Below are positions 18,756 to 29,606 of a stretch of 64,000 nt of DNA, piece by piece (positions within the stretch are counted from its first letter, which is position 1; each line of letters starts with the position of its first letter). Source of the DNA: a virus (lineage: Duplodnaviria; Caudoviricetes); the IMG/VR virus record IMGVR_UViG_3300030330_005136, positions 9,133 to 73,132 of that record. One strand, given 5' to 3'. The notes beneath the pieces are model-generated. The model worked only from the letters and a program-made list of their open reading frames with translations. It was not told the origin of the DNA and made no database searches. The position numbers and the translations under genes were made by a program.

Positions 18756-20752
18756 TGGCTATCGTTAGAAATGCTAAGAAACAAGATTTTGACTATTATT
18801 TAACCAATATAGATTGGGATGATGGCACTGAAATAGATCGCGATATACATCAGTTTACACGTAATGATGTGTTTGATCACACATATGAAAAACCAGGTTT
18901 CTATTCTGTAAAGGGATTGGTGTTTAAATTTGAAAGGGTAATGATTGATGCAACACCACCATCGGAATTTCCTCAAGGTTCTATCTCTGTTCCTTCTATG
19001 ATAGTCAATTGGATAGAGGTTGAAGCTGACGATGGAGATAAGGAAATAAGAAGTAAACAACAAATTAGGAACATAAGAGAACCTCTGTCTGAATTTAAGA
19101 TACGTGATAGGTTTGAAGATACATATTGGGTGATAAAACATAAAAGTAGTGTAAACCATGATGTAAGGATGGGTACTGAAAATTATATATCGAGTAAAAA
19201 TTTACCAGCAAGTTGGGTAAATACAATTGTTGCTCCTATCACAAATGCATCATCGGGTGAACAACAAGATGGAATTTCAATTCAAATACCGATCAAAATG
19301 GATATATCAGATATAGATATGATTTACTATTCCTTTGAAGTCAATGTAGCAAATCCAAATGGTGAGAATAATCCATCGGAATATGCTATTTTAGAAAGAT
19401 CACACCCACCCTTGATCTCAGATAATGGAGATATAAATCCTGACTATGGCATACGATTTGACTCAGCTAGATTTATTGAAGGCATGGGTGGTGATTCAAC
19501 TGATCCCAATAGAGATGACACAGATGTAGTAAAAAATCAAGGTTGGCAAACAGTCAGTGGATATATTTTCGTTCAAGAGCCACCTAGTAATACAGCAACC
19601 AATGGTTCTAATATCGAAAATTTAGATTTTCAAACAATTGAATCTCAAATTATGATATTCCCAAGAAGACGTAGTGATACTCCACAGGATGAAGATGAGA
19701 TTACTTACATTGGTTTAAGAAAAGTAGTTATCAGAACACCAAATACAAAAAATATAATCAGACCAAATGAATGGCAAAGATTTTATTCTAATATGATTGT
19801 AAATCCAAGAGATGATTATCAATCTCCACTATATGAATTAAACGATTTCGCTATGATCGGTGGTGTATCGGAAAAATCATCACATTTCAAGACATTAACA
19901 GCTTTAGCTGCTTTTGATAATGATAATAAAGAATATAAAAATAGTTCACTGATATCAGGTTATAACCCTTACGATTTTATTGCTATTTATGATACCATGG
20001 CAAAATATAATGCTGATTATTATAATGAAGTTTTAGATCCATATACCAATCCCATACATGAGGATTATGCTCCATATTGGAGAGATGAAGACAACCTTAG
20101 TGAAAAATTTAGCTTATTTGATAAAAAAAGAATTCATAATGGTTTTGTTGATAGACAATATCATGGAGTGCTTAAAGACACAGAGCTTGTAGATGTAGAT
20201 ATTAGCACAACAAAGGTTTATAAAGGTGCGATACCTATCTACGAACATTTGGGGGTTACAGGTTATGCACTTGGAAATCCATCTAGACCAAATTATTGGA
20301 AAAACATAATACCAAAGGATTACAAACTTACTGATAGAAGTGGGTTTTCTCAAGAACCATTGGAAGATCCAACCAAAGGATCGATAACTCCAAGAATACC
20401 AAGGTTAGTTTGGGTGATTGATGAAGAAGATGATCAGACTTGGAATGGTGGATATTACTGGCCACAATTACCAAAGATGACAAAGGGTGGGGTGTTTGCT
20501 GAACCAATTGATGAATACGAATATGGTGGTAGAAATAGTTTGATAACAAGTGATGAACCGATTGATAAAACTCTATTCAACCTTACTTTTGATGCCGATG
20601 ATATAGAGGAATTACAAGACATCACCAATAATTATAATATAGAGTACAGAGTTGATGGGTTATTGGATCTCAATGATGATAAAAGAGTTGATTTGATAAC
20701 AGCAGATATCACAGATACTTTAGAAAAAGATTTTGATAGGCAGGCATTCTAA
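18755..20752 (+). CDS. Structural protein with PKD-like domain (665 aa), paralog of next gene
   Basis: IDWDDGT...HTYEKPGFYSVKGLVF; ends RQAF. Confidence 0.65.
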   Translation: MAIVRNAKKQDFDYYLTNIDWDDGTEIDRDIHQFTRNDVFDHTYEKPGFYSVKGLVFKFERVMIDATPPSEFPQGSISVPSMIVNWIEVEADDGDKEIRSKQQIRNIREPLSEFKIRDRFEDTYWVIKHKSSVNHDVRMGTENYISSKNLPASWVNTIVAPITNASSGEQQDGISIQIPIKMDISDIDMIYYSFEVNVANPNGENNPSEYAILERSHPPLISDNGDINPDYGIRFDSARFIEGMGGDSTDPNRDDTDVVKNQGWQTVSGYIFVQEPPSNTATNGSNIENLDFQTIESQIMIFPRRRSDTPQDEDEITYIGLRKVVIRTPNTKNIIRPNEWQRFYSNMIVNPRDDYQSPLYELNDFAMIGGVSEKSSHFKTLTALAAFDNDNKEYKNSSLISGYNPYDFIAIYDTMAKYNADYYNEVLDPYTNPIHEDYAPYWRDEDNLSEKFSLFDKKRIHNGFVDRQYHGVLKDTELVDVDISTTKVYKGAIPIYEHLGVTGYALGNPSRPNYWKNIIPKDYKLTDRSGFSQEPLEDPTKGSITPRIPRLVWVIDEEDDQTWNGGYYWPQLPKMTKGGVFAEPIDEYEYGGRNSLITSDEPIDKTLFNLTFDADDIEELQDITNNYNIEYRVDGLLDLNDDKRVDLITADITDTLEKDFDRQAF

Positions 20753-22722
20753 TGGCAATACAATGGAAAAGAAATACTAGATATCCATCGGTCACAAGAC
20801 CAGGTGCATTTCCTAGAATACAAGAGTTTGATGATCTAACCGGAGAGGACATTCTTGAAGATACTTGGTTTGAGCTAACCGGTATAGATGAAGAGGAGAT
20901 AAACAAGTTTAAGTTTTCCTTGGGGACTTGGATACATTTAAGTAGAAGAAATAGAAAGATACGAGTTTTAACTGCTGAAGAATCAAATAATATCACATAT
21001 CCAATTACATCAGATCAAGAAGATGAGGAAATAACTACAGAGCCTAAACCAGATTTTAAACCGCCTGATTTTTTAGGGGGAGCAAGTAGGCCTCATGAAT
21101 GGGCAAAAGATAAAGGTGGTGCTATACCAGATGAAAGTCAAAATCCTCTCAATATAGTGGATTTAGAAGTTTTAAAACCAAATGGTGATAGAAGAATACG
21201 TGAAGGACTTGGAGAGGGTGGTGTGGATGTGCCTGTAAATGTAGCAGCACATGATAAAATTACACAATACACTGATTCGTTTAAAACTATGAATCGGAGA
21301 TTTCCACTTGTAGGTCCTGGCCCCAATCATGTTGCTGTGGGTGATAGAACAGAGGATAGGATTTGGATTTGTTATAAGAATTCAGCCGAAACACAAAAGA
21401 TTCTTGGGGTTCCAGTTGCTGTTGATTATTATTATGAGTGGAAAGCCAATTTAGCAGATGAGTATTGGTCAGAAGAAAACAAATTACTCTTTCCAAGTCT
21501 TGGTTTTCAGTGGGTGTGGATACCTAGTAATAAGCGTATTACTGATGCGGAAACTGGTCTCTCAGCCTATGGTGATTGGGTACCTGGTGGTAATTTAGTC
21601 GAAACGGAAAACCAAGCTGGTTCTGATAATCAATATGTTGGTCTAGTCACAAAATCACCTATTCAAAATGTATCGAATATCGAACAAGATGATTTATTTT
21701 TATATCATCAGATAGGTTCTGATGAATACAAAGATATATCTGCTCCATTAGAAGTATACTTTAGTTTTAATTATTTAGAACGTGATGAAACTAGCGTGGA
21801 TAAGATAAAATATAAAGTGATAGAATGGGGCGATGAAGAAGATCAAATGTCTGATCAACAAATTTTAGATAGTGAATTTTTTTATCTGTATGAAAGCGAT
21901 GATTCTGTTTTTGATGGCGCAAAATATAAAAAACTCTGTTTAATTGCCTCAGAAGCGATCGAATTAGAGGGTGAAGACGTAAACGATGGTGTTGGTGCTG
22001 ATAGGGGTGTAATACATAGCCATGTTTATATTGAACCTGGTATAAAAACAATAAAAACAATCGTGTTTAGGTTTGATGAAACAGGAATTTTCTTACTAGA
22101 AACATCAATTGTTCACACCAACATATTTATCGGAGATCCAAATCAAAAGATACAGAATTTTAATATATTTGGTGGAGAAGAATTTACGGTATTGCCGTTG
22201 GAAGAAGAACTTGAACCAATCATAGGAAATATAGATAAGAGATCAGAGTATGTTAGATCGATTGAAAAAATTAAAAATAATGATTTATATCAAAGTTCTG
22301 ATTATTTGGAAAAACTATATGCTGATGAATTTTTACCTAATGTTAATAACGACTTATATGGTGAATATGCTGGTAATATAGATTTAGGTATTACAAGAGT
22401 TTTCAAAAAAACATATAATATCTTTGATTTTATCGGCGGTGATGCTTTACAAATTATAAATAACAATTTTGAATATCCACAAAATAGTTTACCACTCAAT
22501 AGTTCTGCTACCGAGATACTTATAGATAATGGAGATTGTGTTGTGAATCTTGATCCAAGTAATCAAAATAATGATCAATTAGAAAATAATGGTACATCTG
22601 ATGAAAAGGGTGTATTGATGGGTGATTTTAGATTAGTCAAAAATCCAAAACAAAAAATTAGAAAAGAAGATGCTATGCAGTTGCCAAAATTAAACACACA
22701 AAAGAAAAGACAGGCTTTTTAG
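20752..22722 (+). CDS. Structural protein with PKD-like domain (656 aa), paralog of previous gene
   Basis: IEWGDEE...HVYIEPGIKTIKTIVF; ends RQAF. Confidence 0.65.
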   Translation: MAIQWKRNTRYPSVTRPGAFPRIQEFDDLTGEDILEDTWFELTGIDEEEINKFKFSLGTWIHLSRRNRKIRVLTAEESNNITYPITSDQEDEEITTEPKPDFKPPDFLGGASRPHEWAKDKGGAIPDESQNPLNIVDLEVLKPNGDRRIREGLGEGGVDVPVNVAAHDKITQYTDSFKTMNRRFPLVGPGPNHVAVGDRTEDRIWICYKNSAETQKILGVPVAVDYYYEWKANLADEYWSEENKLLFPSLGFQWVWIPSNKRITDAETGLSAYGDWVPGGNLVETENQAGSDNQYVGLVTKSPIQNVSNIEQDDLFLYHQIGSDEYKDISAPLEVYFSFNYLERDETSVDKIKYKVIEWGDEEDQMSDQQILDSEFFYLYESDDSVFDGAKYKKLCLIASEAIELEGEDVNDGVGADRGVIHSHVYIEPGIKTIKTIVFRFDETGIFLLETSIVHTNIFIGDPNQKIQNFNIFGGEEFTVLPLEEELEPIIGNIDKRSEYVRSIEKIKNNDLYQSSDYLEKLYADEFLPNVNNDLYGEYAGNIDLGITRVFKKTYNIFDFIGGDALQIINNNFEYPQNSLPLNSSATEILIDNGDCVVNLDPSNQNNDQLENNGTSDEKGVLMGDFRLVKNPKQKIRKEDAMQLPKLNTQKKRQAF

Positions 22723-25700
22723 ATGAAAATTGTAAATAACTATACAGATAAGATAAGTAATCTTATATCCGGTACTGATCAATATGAAATACCAAGTGGT
22801 CTAACCACAATTGCTTACCAAAATGCATCAATTTTCCAAAGACCTGAAATAGTTCTTAATGTATTATCTACCGGTGGAACATTTCAATCATCTTTTACTT
22901 TAGAAAACAACACTGATTTTTATGTAAAGAACAATCAAATTTATCTAAAACCAAATGAGGTATTGGATAGAGAGGGATTTTTTGCCGGTCAGTATAATCT
23001 TAGATTTAATTTTATACAACCCTTAAAATCTAGTGAGAATGATAAATTATATCTCGGTGAAGTATCACCATCAAGAAGGGAAATAAGACTTAGCACCGCT
23101 TTTGACGTTAATATCAACCTTACTAAGATAAATAGCTTTTTCATCCTTGAGGGTGATGATTATAACTTCGATTGTCAACTAGAGTTATCACGTGGAAGAT
23201 ATATACCAATAAATGCCTTCGCTATCGATAATCAAACCGGCGGTAGAAATAGTTTAATACTAAAATTAAATGAAGAGTTCCCGACTGATGTTGCATTACT
23301 AGATACGGATTTTCGTCTAGTAAAAAAATGGTTTGCTTCACAAGAACAGACGATCTCCTTTGTAGATGAGGAGGGTTTGGCAACAGGTGGTGGTAGATTT
23401 TTACAAGTTGACACAAGTTTCTTAACTGAAAATAGTTCAATAGAAGATGATATAACAACTTACTCTGAGATCATAACTGGTTCGGAAGATGTTGTATCTT
23501 TATTTACACAAAGAAAGAAAGATCAAAATCTCAATATAGATTTTTCTGAATTTTCAAACCATGTCTTCTTTGGTTCTGCTGTAAGTAAATTAGAAAATTT
23601 TAAAGATAAAGTTGTAAAACTTGAAGGTTTGTTTAATCAATTATCGGCATCATTATCCATCAGTAGTAGTATGGATGAGATTGAGCATAGAAAAAGTTTA
23701 TTTAAACAAATTAGAACTGAAAAAGAAAATTTCACTTCATATGAAAAATTTATGTATGAAGATAATCAAAAAAGATCTCCTAATTCGGCGCCTGGATTAC
23801 AGACAAATTTAGCTGGTGGAAATTATAAAAATAAAAGAGATGATAATTATACAACTTTAAGTGGCAGTAAATCTGAAGGTTTCGATAAACTGCACAAAAA
23901 AAATTCTACAAGTGAATATATACATTTGTTCACAGATGTATACAATGTTGAACAACCACCTTTTTATAATAGAAATGATTTTGTTTATCTAAGTTTTATA
24001 CTAAGAAACGAAGCCCACACTGCTGATTCAGGTTACACTTTACATATAAGTGGTGGGGTAGCTAATGATAAAATGGAAGGACAAACTTATAAAGAATATG
24101 ATTATGGTCGATCTTATAAAATACCATTTAATGCTTTTAGTGGTTCAGTATTAGCAAATCCTGAGTCAACAGGCTCACACTATAAGAGATACATATTTAA
24201 ATCACAACAAAATTATTTTAGACCGGAAGAAGCAAATCCTGATGTATTTACGATAAGTGATTATAGTTCGACATCAACTGCTTGGGAAATACTAACTGGT
24301 TCAAATGTACAATCAGCTTCAACCAATGGTTCTATAGGTGATGGTTTTGCCTATGGTATTAGAGACAGCTCAGGTCAACAAACACAATACATATTTCCAT
24401 CTGTGGTTGATAGGAATAATCTTAGTAACACATTTACTTTTATTACTGGTTCTTTATTACCACAAGGTGATTTATTTCCTGTTTATGCTCAACAGAATCC
24501 TGCTTTCATTCCCCATTTTTCTTCATACTTTACAGATGTTCATGTATCGTATAATGATCCGACAAATGTTCACCCCTTTTCAACTGTCTACAGACCACCT
24601 AGTGGAAGTTATGCTGGTTCGGATGAATGGAATAATTGGTACGATGGTATTCATGCTTCTGCTTCTCTATACGATACAAACAATATACATTCGCTAGTCA
24701 ACAACTTACCACTTGAATTACGAACAGGTGATCAACATGAGGTGTTAAGAAGATTTGTTAATATGTTGGCTGAGCAATATGATTTACTTAGAAACTATAT
24801 TGACAACTATTTAAATTTTTATAAATTAGGATATACAAATCCAAATTCGATGCCGGATAGTTTATTACCGATACTTGGTGATACTGTTGGGTGGGAGTTA
24901 TTGAATGTACAAAACAAAAACACATCTATTGAAGATTATGCTGAAAGTACGGCAGGTGATGAAATCGGTGTACAAGCTGTTATTAATTCTACATGGAAAA
25001 AAATTCTAAACAATTTAGTTTATGTCTACAAAACAAAGGGAACTACAGAAGCAATTCAAAGTTTACTAAATCTATATGGATTCGATTCTAATGGGTTTAG
25101 AATGCATGAGTATGGTGGTTCTACTGCTGAACACAATCCAACAATCATCACTAATGAGGCAACTAACTTTGAAAATGGATTAAAAAATGTTCAAGGTAAT
25201 GTATCATTTGTTCAGAACATAGAACCATTTCCCATGATCAATTTCAGAGGAACAAATTCACTCGGTGTGGATTGGTGGAGAAATGATGCGACTGCTAATG
25301 GTGTTGAGTTTGTGTTCAATGCTGATAAGTCATTAACTGATCAAACGATACTAAGGTCAAGTGGATCAAATAATGATCTATGGGATTTACGACTAATACC
25401 ATCAGCATCATCAACTGATTTTAGTCAACTACAATTTAGATTGAATACAAGTAACAGTGGTTCTAGTGTTATAGCTTCTAATGCTGTATCTATGTCATCT
25501 CCATTTGTTGATTTTCAAAATGGTAATATCTACAATGTACTGTTACAAAGGGCTGTTGTGACTGGTTCATCACCACATAATGCTTTTACTCAATCCTATG
25601 AGTTATTCGTAGCTAGAAAAGATGATGATAAGATATTAGATGTAAGTGCCACAAGTATGTCGTGTGCTATATCAGGTGCTAATTATAACTTTGTCAATCA

Positions 25701-27819
25701 AGATGTTTCAAAAACATCAGAGAATTTATTTGTAGGTGAAACCCTAAGTGGTTCACTGGCTGAACTAAGGGTGTGGAATAAAAAATTAGACATATCTAAA
25801 TTCAAACAACATACCTTGAATTATAGAAGCACGGTATCAAACACCATAACTGGTTCAGTTGATGATATTATATTTAGATATCCGTTTGATGAAAACATTG
25901 TTAATTGGTCAACTAATCCAAATTCTGCTTCACTAAAAGTTCATGATGCTAATTCACAGAATGTAAAAGATTATTCTATATTCATAGTATCACAAAGTAA
26001 TTTTAATTACACGACAACGATGACAGAACAAACATTTTATAGATTTGCTATAAAGGGAAATGATAAATTACCAAATGATAATCAGACAAATCTAACACCT
26101 AGAATGAAAACTACTGGCCAATTAAATCCTGATCAAGCTTCTATTGAAGATCCAACGGATGCCAGTGGTCAGCCAGAAAGACAATTCACAAATAGATTTG
26201 GACGAGATGTTTCTTATGTAAATGCGGTTGATGGATTGGTGATGAACCTTATGCCTGATTTTAGAATAGATGATTTTATCGGTGATCCTGATGAATCTCT
26301 TACAGATACTTATGAAGATTTAATGACATTACGTAGAAAATTGTTAGATGAGCCTGGTGTAAGAATTGATGTAGAAGCTAATATTAGAGCTGTTGAAAAT
26401 ATTCTAAGTGATGAAATAAAGGAAACATTAGAAGTATTGACACCCGCAAAAACTAATTTTGAAATGTTCTATGATATCAAGAATGATTCTTTATTTCGAT
26501 CAAAAATACCAAAAAGAGCTCAACTCACCACTCAACTAAACCCAAATAAAGCCATAGGTGTAATTGATGCCGATAAATTTGACGAACCAACAATCGTATC
26601 TACTGCAAATGAAAACATTAAAACAGCATTTATTGATGCAGATAAATTTGATGAACCTACTGTAATTTCATTTGCTAATAACAATGTAAAAGAGGGTAAG
26701 ATTGATGCCGATCAATGGGATGAACCAACGATTATATCTACAGCAAATGAAAATTTAAAAATTGGAAACATAGATGCTGAACAATGGGATGAACCTACGA
26801 TAACATCTACTTTTGAAAACATCCAAGGTGGAACTGATATAGAAATGGTTGATCTAACTAAGTCAAGATTAGCAAATAATTTCAGTGCTACTGCAGAAAA
26901 AATGAATGAATTTTTCTTAGGGTCTAAGAATCATATTGGTAGAAACCAAGGAACAGGTTCTAACAGTAGATTTTTTAAATCCATTAATGGTGGTGTTAAT
27001 GGAGATTTTAACACTTACAAATTCGAGAATAGATTTACATTTAAAACCATCGGTGATACAGAGCATTTTATTAATTCATCAAGTCATCATGATGAATTTA
27101 GGTCTTTTCAAAATAGACATTTTGTAGATCAAAATCATCCAGAAAGATATGTTTATAATTCATTTTTTGGAAGTAATGGTAATGGCACAGTTGCTGGTCG
27201 AATGGTCGGTAGAACAAAATTTTTCAAAACAGACTCGGATGGTAACATAACATATCCGTCTAATCATTATATAAATGCGCGTACCAGTAAGGACAGATTA
27301 TTAAGATTGACATATTTAGGCACACAACATGATGGTTCTAACCCGACCCAAGATCCATTGAAAAATGATCCACAACCATCGGTCTCGGCATATATCATAA
27401 ATGTTCGTGGTTCGGATACATTGAATAGATTAAAAGTTGAACGACCAATAGCAAAAGAATTACAACAGATGAGACTGAGATTAGATTCTGCCGGTGGTGG
27501 TGTTGGAGAAGCAACTTTTAAATTGTTCAGAAAAAACAAAGAATTGTTTACTGAAACATTCAATACAGATACTAGAATTAAAAACACCAAATTTTCTTTA
27601 ACAGGTGCTCTTTCAGAATATCGTTTATTAATTACACCGGAATCAGGTAAAAAAATTGGAGATGCTTTTGTAATTGGTAGAACTATAAAACAAAAAGATG
27701 GTAGTAATAAAGTTCAGAAACTTGCCAGTATAAGTGCAGCTCGTAGACCAAATGGTACAATGTCAGTAAAATTTACAAAAATAAGAGGACCTTTTACTAT
27801 TTTATTTAGAATAAAATAA
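22723..27819 (+). CDS. Very large baseplate/tail structural protein (1698 aa) with LamG-like region
   Basis: LGEVSPSRREIRL, FSNHVFFGSAVSKLENF, KKILNNLVYVYKTKGTTEAIQSLLNLYG (tail P2 protein I / gp7-like segment), GSLAELRVWNKKL. Confidence 0.65.
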   Translation: MKIVNNYTDKISNLISGTDQYEIPSGLTTIAYQNASIFQRPEIVLNVLSTGGTFQSSFTLENNTDFYVKNNQIYLKPNEVLDREGFFAGQYNLRFNFIQPLKSSENDKLYLGEVSPSRREIRLSTAFDVNINLTKINSFFILEGDDYNFDCQLELSRGRYIPINAFAIDNQTGGRNSLILKLNEEFPTDVALLDTDFRLVKKWFASQEQTISFVDEEGLATGGGRFLQVDTSFLTENSSIEDDITTYSEIITGSEDVVSLFTQRKKDQNLNIDFSEFSNHVFFGSAVSKLENFKDKVVKLEGLFNQLSASLSISSSMDEIEHRKSLFKQIRTEKENFTSYEKFMYEDNQKRSPNSAPGLQTNLAGGNYKNKRDDNYTTLSGSKSEGFDKLHKKNSTSEYIHLFTDVYNVEQPPFYNRNDFVYLSFILRNEAHTADSGYTLHISGGVANDKMEGQTYKEYDYGRSYKIPFNAFSGSVLANPESTGSHYKRYIFKSQQNYFRPEEANPDVFTISDYSSTSTAWEILTGSNVQSASTNGSIGDGFAYGIRDSSGQQTQYIFPSVVDRNNLSNTFTFITGSLLPQGDLFPVYAQQNPAFIPHFSSYFTDVHVSYNDPTNVHPFSTVYRPPSGSYAGSDEWNNWYDGIHASASLYDTNNIHSLVNNLPLELRTGDQHEVLRRFVNMLAEQYDLLRNYIDNYLNFYKLGYTNPNSMPDSLLPILGDTVGWELLNVQNKNTSIEDYAESTAGDEIGVQAVINSTWKKILNNLVYVYKTKGTTEAIQSLLNLYGFDSNGFRMHEYGGSTAEHNPTIITNEATNFENGLKNVQGNVSFVQNIEPFPMINFRGTNSLGVDWWRNDATANGVEFVFNADKSLTDQTILRSSGSNNDLWDLRLIPSASSTDFSQLQFRLNTSNSGSSVIASNAVSMSSPFVDFQNGNIYNVLLQRAVVTGSSPHNAFTQSYELFVARKDDDKILDVSATSMSCAISGANYNFVNQDVSKTSENLFVGETLSGSLAELRVWNKKLDISKFKQHTLNYRSTVSNTITGSVDDIIFRYPFDENIVNWSTNPNSASLKVHDANSQNVKDYSIFIVSQSNFNYTTTMTEQTFYRFAIKGNDKLPNDNQTNLTPRMKTTGQLNPDQASIEDPTDASGQPERQFTNRFGRDVSYVNAVDGLVMNLMPDFRIDDFIGDPDESLTDTYEDLMTLRRKLLDEPGVRIDVEANIRAVENILSDEIKETLEVLTPAKTNFEMFYDIKNDSLFRSKIPKRAQLTTQLNPNKAIGVIDADKFDEPTIVSTANENIKTAFIDADKFDEPTVISFANNNVKEGKIDADQWDEPTIISTANENLKIGNIDAEQWDEPTITSTFENIQGGTDIEMVDLTKSRLANNFSATAEKMNEFFLGSKNHIGRNQGTGSNSRFFKSINGGVNGDFNTYKFENRFTFKTIGDTEHFINSSSHHDEFRSFQNRHFVDQNHPERYVYNSFFGSNGNGTVAGRMVGRTKFFKTDSDGNITYPSNHYINARTSKDRLLRLTYLGTQHDGSNPTQDPLKNDPQPSVSAYIINVRGSDTLNRLKVERPIAKELQQMRLRLDSAGGGVGEATFKLFRKNKELFTETFNTDTRIKNTKFSLTGALSEYRLLITPESGKKIGDAFVIGRTIKQKDGSNKVQKLASISAARRPNGTMSVKFTKIRGPFTILFRIK
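26557..26832 (+). repeat. Four tandem 69-nt (23-aa) coding repeats, IDA(D/E)(K/Q)(F/W)DEPT(I/V)...
   Basis: The ID codons start at 26563, 26632, 26701 and 26770, an exact 69-nt period. Confidence 0.9.
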
Positions 27820-27845
27820 AGGTAAATGGTATTTTTAGTTTTCAC

Positions 27846-27855
27846 TATATTTATA
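27846..27855 (+). promoter_or_regulatory. Candidate late promoter TATATTTATA
   Basis: Intergenic; followed by AGGA RBS and the ATG at 27873. Confidence 0.6.
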
Positions 27856-27872
27856 ACTAAATAGGATTAATT

Positions 27873-28553
27873 ATGGGTATATTAAATAATGACACAGTAA
27901 TTGTAGATGCTATCTTAACTAAACTTGGTCGAGATAAGTTGAGACAAGGTGAACCTTTAGGCATCACACAATACGCCTTTGGAGATACAGGCGTAGATTA
28001 TAATTTATACAATCCGAATCATCCATCAGGATCAGATGCTTATGGTCAAGCAATTACAGGCTTACCACAATTAGAAGCTGTGCCGGATGACGATGTTTTT
28101 ATGAGATCAATATTATTTGGTAGTGGAGAACGTGGTATACAGAACTATGGATTTATTGATTTGCCAGATGGTTTAACGAGAACCATACAACATATACCTG
28201 GTGGTATTCAAAGTACAGCAATTGTATTGAGACCAAGAGTATTCTCTGCTGGTACAGAATTAACCGATACAGAATTTAAATTCACAATTTTAGACCACAG
28301 AGGATTAACTGCTACCATAGGTGGTAATACAATCGTTGGTAATAATTTTAAATCAGTTGATGTAGATAAGAGATCAGCTAATGGAGTTGAGTTACAACTA
28401 AATGCTCAAGCTGGACAAATTTCTAATCAAGTCATTAGAACTGTTAGAGTACAACTAGTTGGTGATGGAGCAGCACCAGTTCAAGTAACGATCACTGTAC
28501 AACCCAATACCGATGTTAATAGTAGTGGTAATACTTTTGGTGAAGGTGGATAA
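27873..28553 (+). CDS. Conserved virion structural protein (226 aa)
   Basis: MGILNNDTVIVDAILTKLGR...ITQYAFGDTGVDY is typical of tail/baseplate genes of large myoviruses (recalled, not searched). Confidence 0.7.
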   Translation: MGILNNDTVIVDAILTKLGRDKLRQGEPLGITQYAFGDTGVDYNLYNPNHPSGSDAYGQAITGLPQLEAVPDDDVFMRSILFGSGERGIQNYGFIDLPDGLTRTIQHIPGGIQSTAIVLRPRVFSAGTELTDTEFKFTILDHRGLTATIGGNTIVGNNFKSVDVDKRSANGVELQLNAQAGQISNQVIRTVRVQLVGDGAAPVQVTITVQPNTDVNSSGNTFGEGG

Positions 28554-28565
28554 TAGGAGTAAAAC

Positions 28566-29597
28566 ATGAAAGCTTTTAATTTTGCTGAAGATGTAGTAAC
28601 AACCGAAGTAACTGTAACTGATGGATTTGGTGATGGTGGTGTTGGTATATTAACTGGAACTAATTTAACAACTGCATCATTATCAGACGCGCAGAAAAGA
28701 AAATACTATAATATACAATTTAATTCCAAGGATCACTTATCTGTTGCCTATGGTCATATACAAGGTAGTGGAAGTGCTCAACAAAGTACTACTGTGGAGG
28801 GTGAGACTAAAGCTATTTATGGTCAATTTTTTAATTTATTAGAAACCGATAGAAGTGCCTTAAAATCAAACAGAGGTTTTCTAATTGGTAATGTTACTGC
28901 TTCTGATGCTTACTTTATTGTAGCTGAAAGATTACAGATGAAGGATAGATTAAATCCTGGAACATTCACTTTATCTTTTTCAGGTTCTAATTCTGCTGGT
29001 ACGGCTACGACACTTAATTTGACAGATGACAGTAAAGTAAACAATGCTACTGCTGCTCCCTTTGGTGAAAGATATTCTATACAAGTAGGTTCTGCAGGTG
29101 TGATAACTGATACTACTGAACATGGTCATTTTTATCCGGACGCCGGTATATTTGTTTTGAGTGGTACTCAAATGTCTGCAAGTTTACCTGGTAAACCTAC
29201 TTATGTGACTTCGGGTGTTGTAAAACCATCGACTGAAATGGGAACTGGCTTGACACCAGATTTACGAGTCGCTGATGCCGTTGATAACGCTCATAAAATG
29301 GTTACTGCCTTATCCAAAGGTTCGGTGACATTGAGATCAGAAGAAAAACAATTTATCTATGATTACTTCTGTAGGGCTAAAGCAAATGAGTTTAATTATT
29401 CACAAAACCTAACATTTTGGAGTGGTTCACAATATGATATTCGTCATTCTGATATGATTAACAATCCACAGGTTTATATTACAGAAGTTGGTTTATATGA
29501 TGAAGCTGGTGAATTAATGGCTATCGGTAGATTGAGTTCTGCTCTAGAAAAGAATTTTAGTTCAGAAGCAATTATCAAAGTCAGATTAACATATTAG
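28566..29597 (+). CDS. Baseplate/tail-fibre-attachment structural protein (343 aa)
   Basis: C-terminal YFCRAKANEFNYSQN...VYITEVGLYDEAGELMAIGRLS, tail-collar-like. Confidence 0.65.
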   Translation: MKAFNFAEDVVTTEVTVTDGFGDGGVGILTGTNLTTASLSDAQKRKYYNIQFNSKDHLSVAYGHIQGSGSAQQSTTVEGETKAIYGQFFNLLETDRSALKSNRGFLIGNVTASDAYFIVAERLQMKDRLNPGTFTLSFSGSNSAGTATTLNLTDDSKVNNATAAPFGERYSIQVGSAGVITDTTEHGHFYPDAGIFVLSGTQMSASLPGKPTYVTSGVVKPSTEMGTGLTPDLRVADAVDNAHKMVTALSKGSVTLRSEEKQFIYDYFCRAKANEFNYSQNLTFWSGSQYDIRHSDMINNPQVYITEVGLYDEAGELMAIGRLSSALEKNFSSEAIIKVRLTY

Positions 29598-29606
29598 TGT
29601 TATGGG

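Noticed and set aside
26557-26832. CRISPR-like or non-coding repeat array
   Set aside because: The repeats are in-frame, degenerate at the codon level and have no unique spacers. No CRISPR array or tRNA was seen anywhere in the window.
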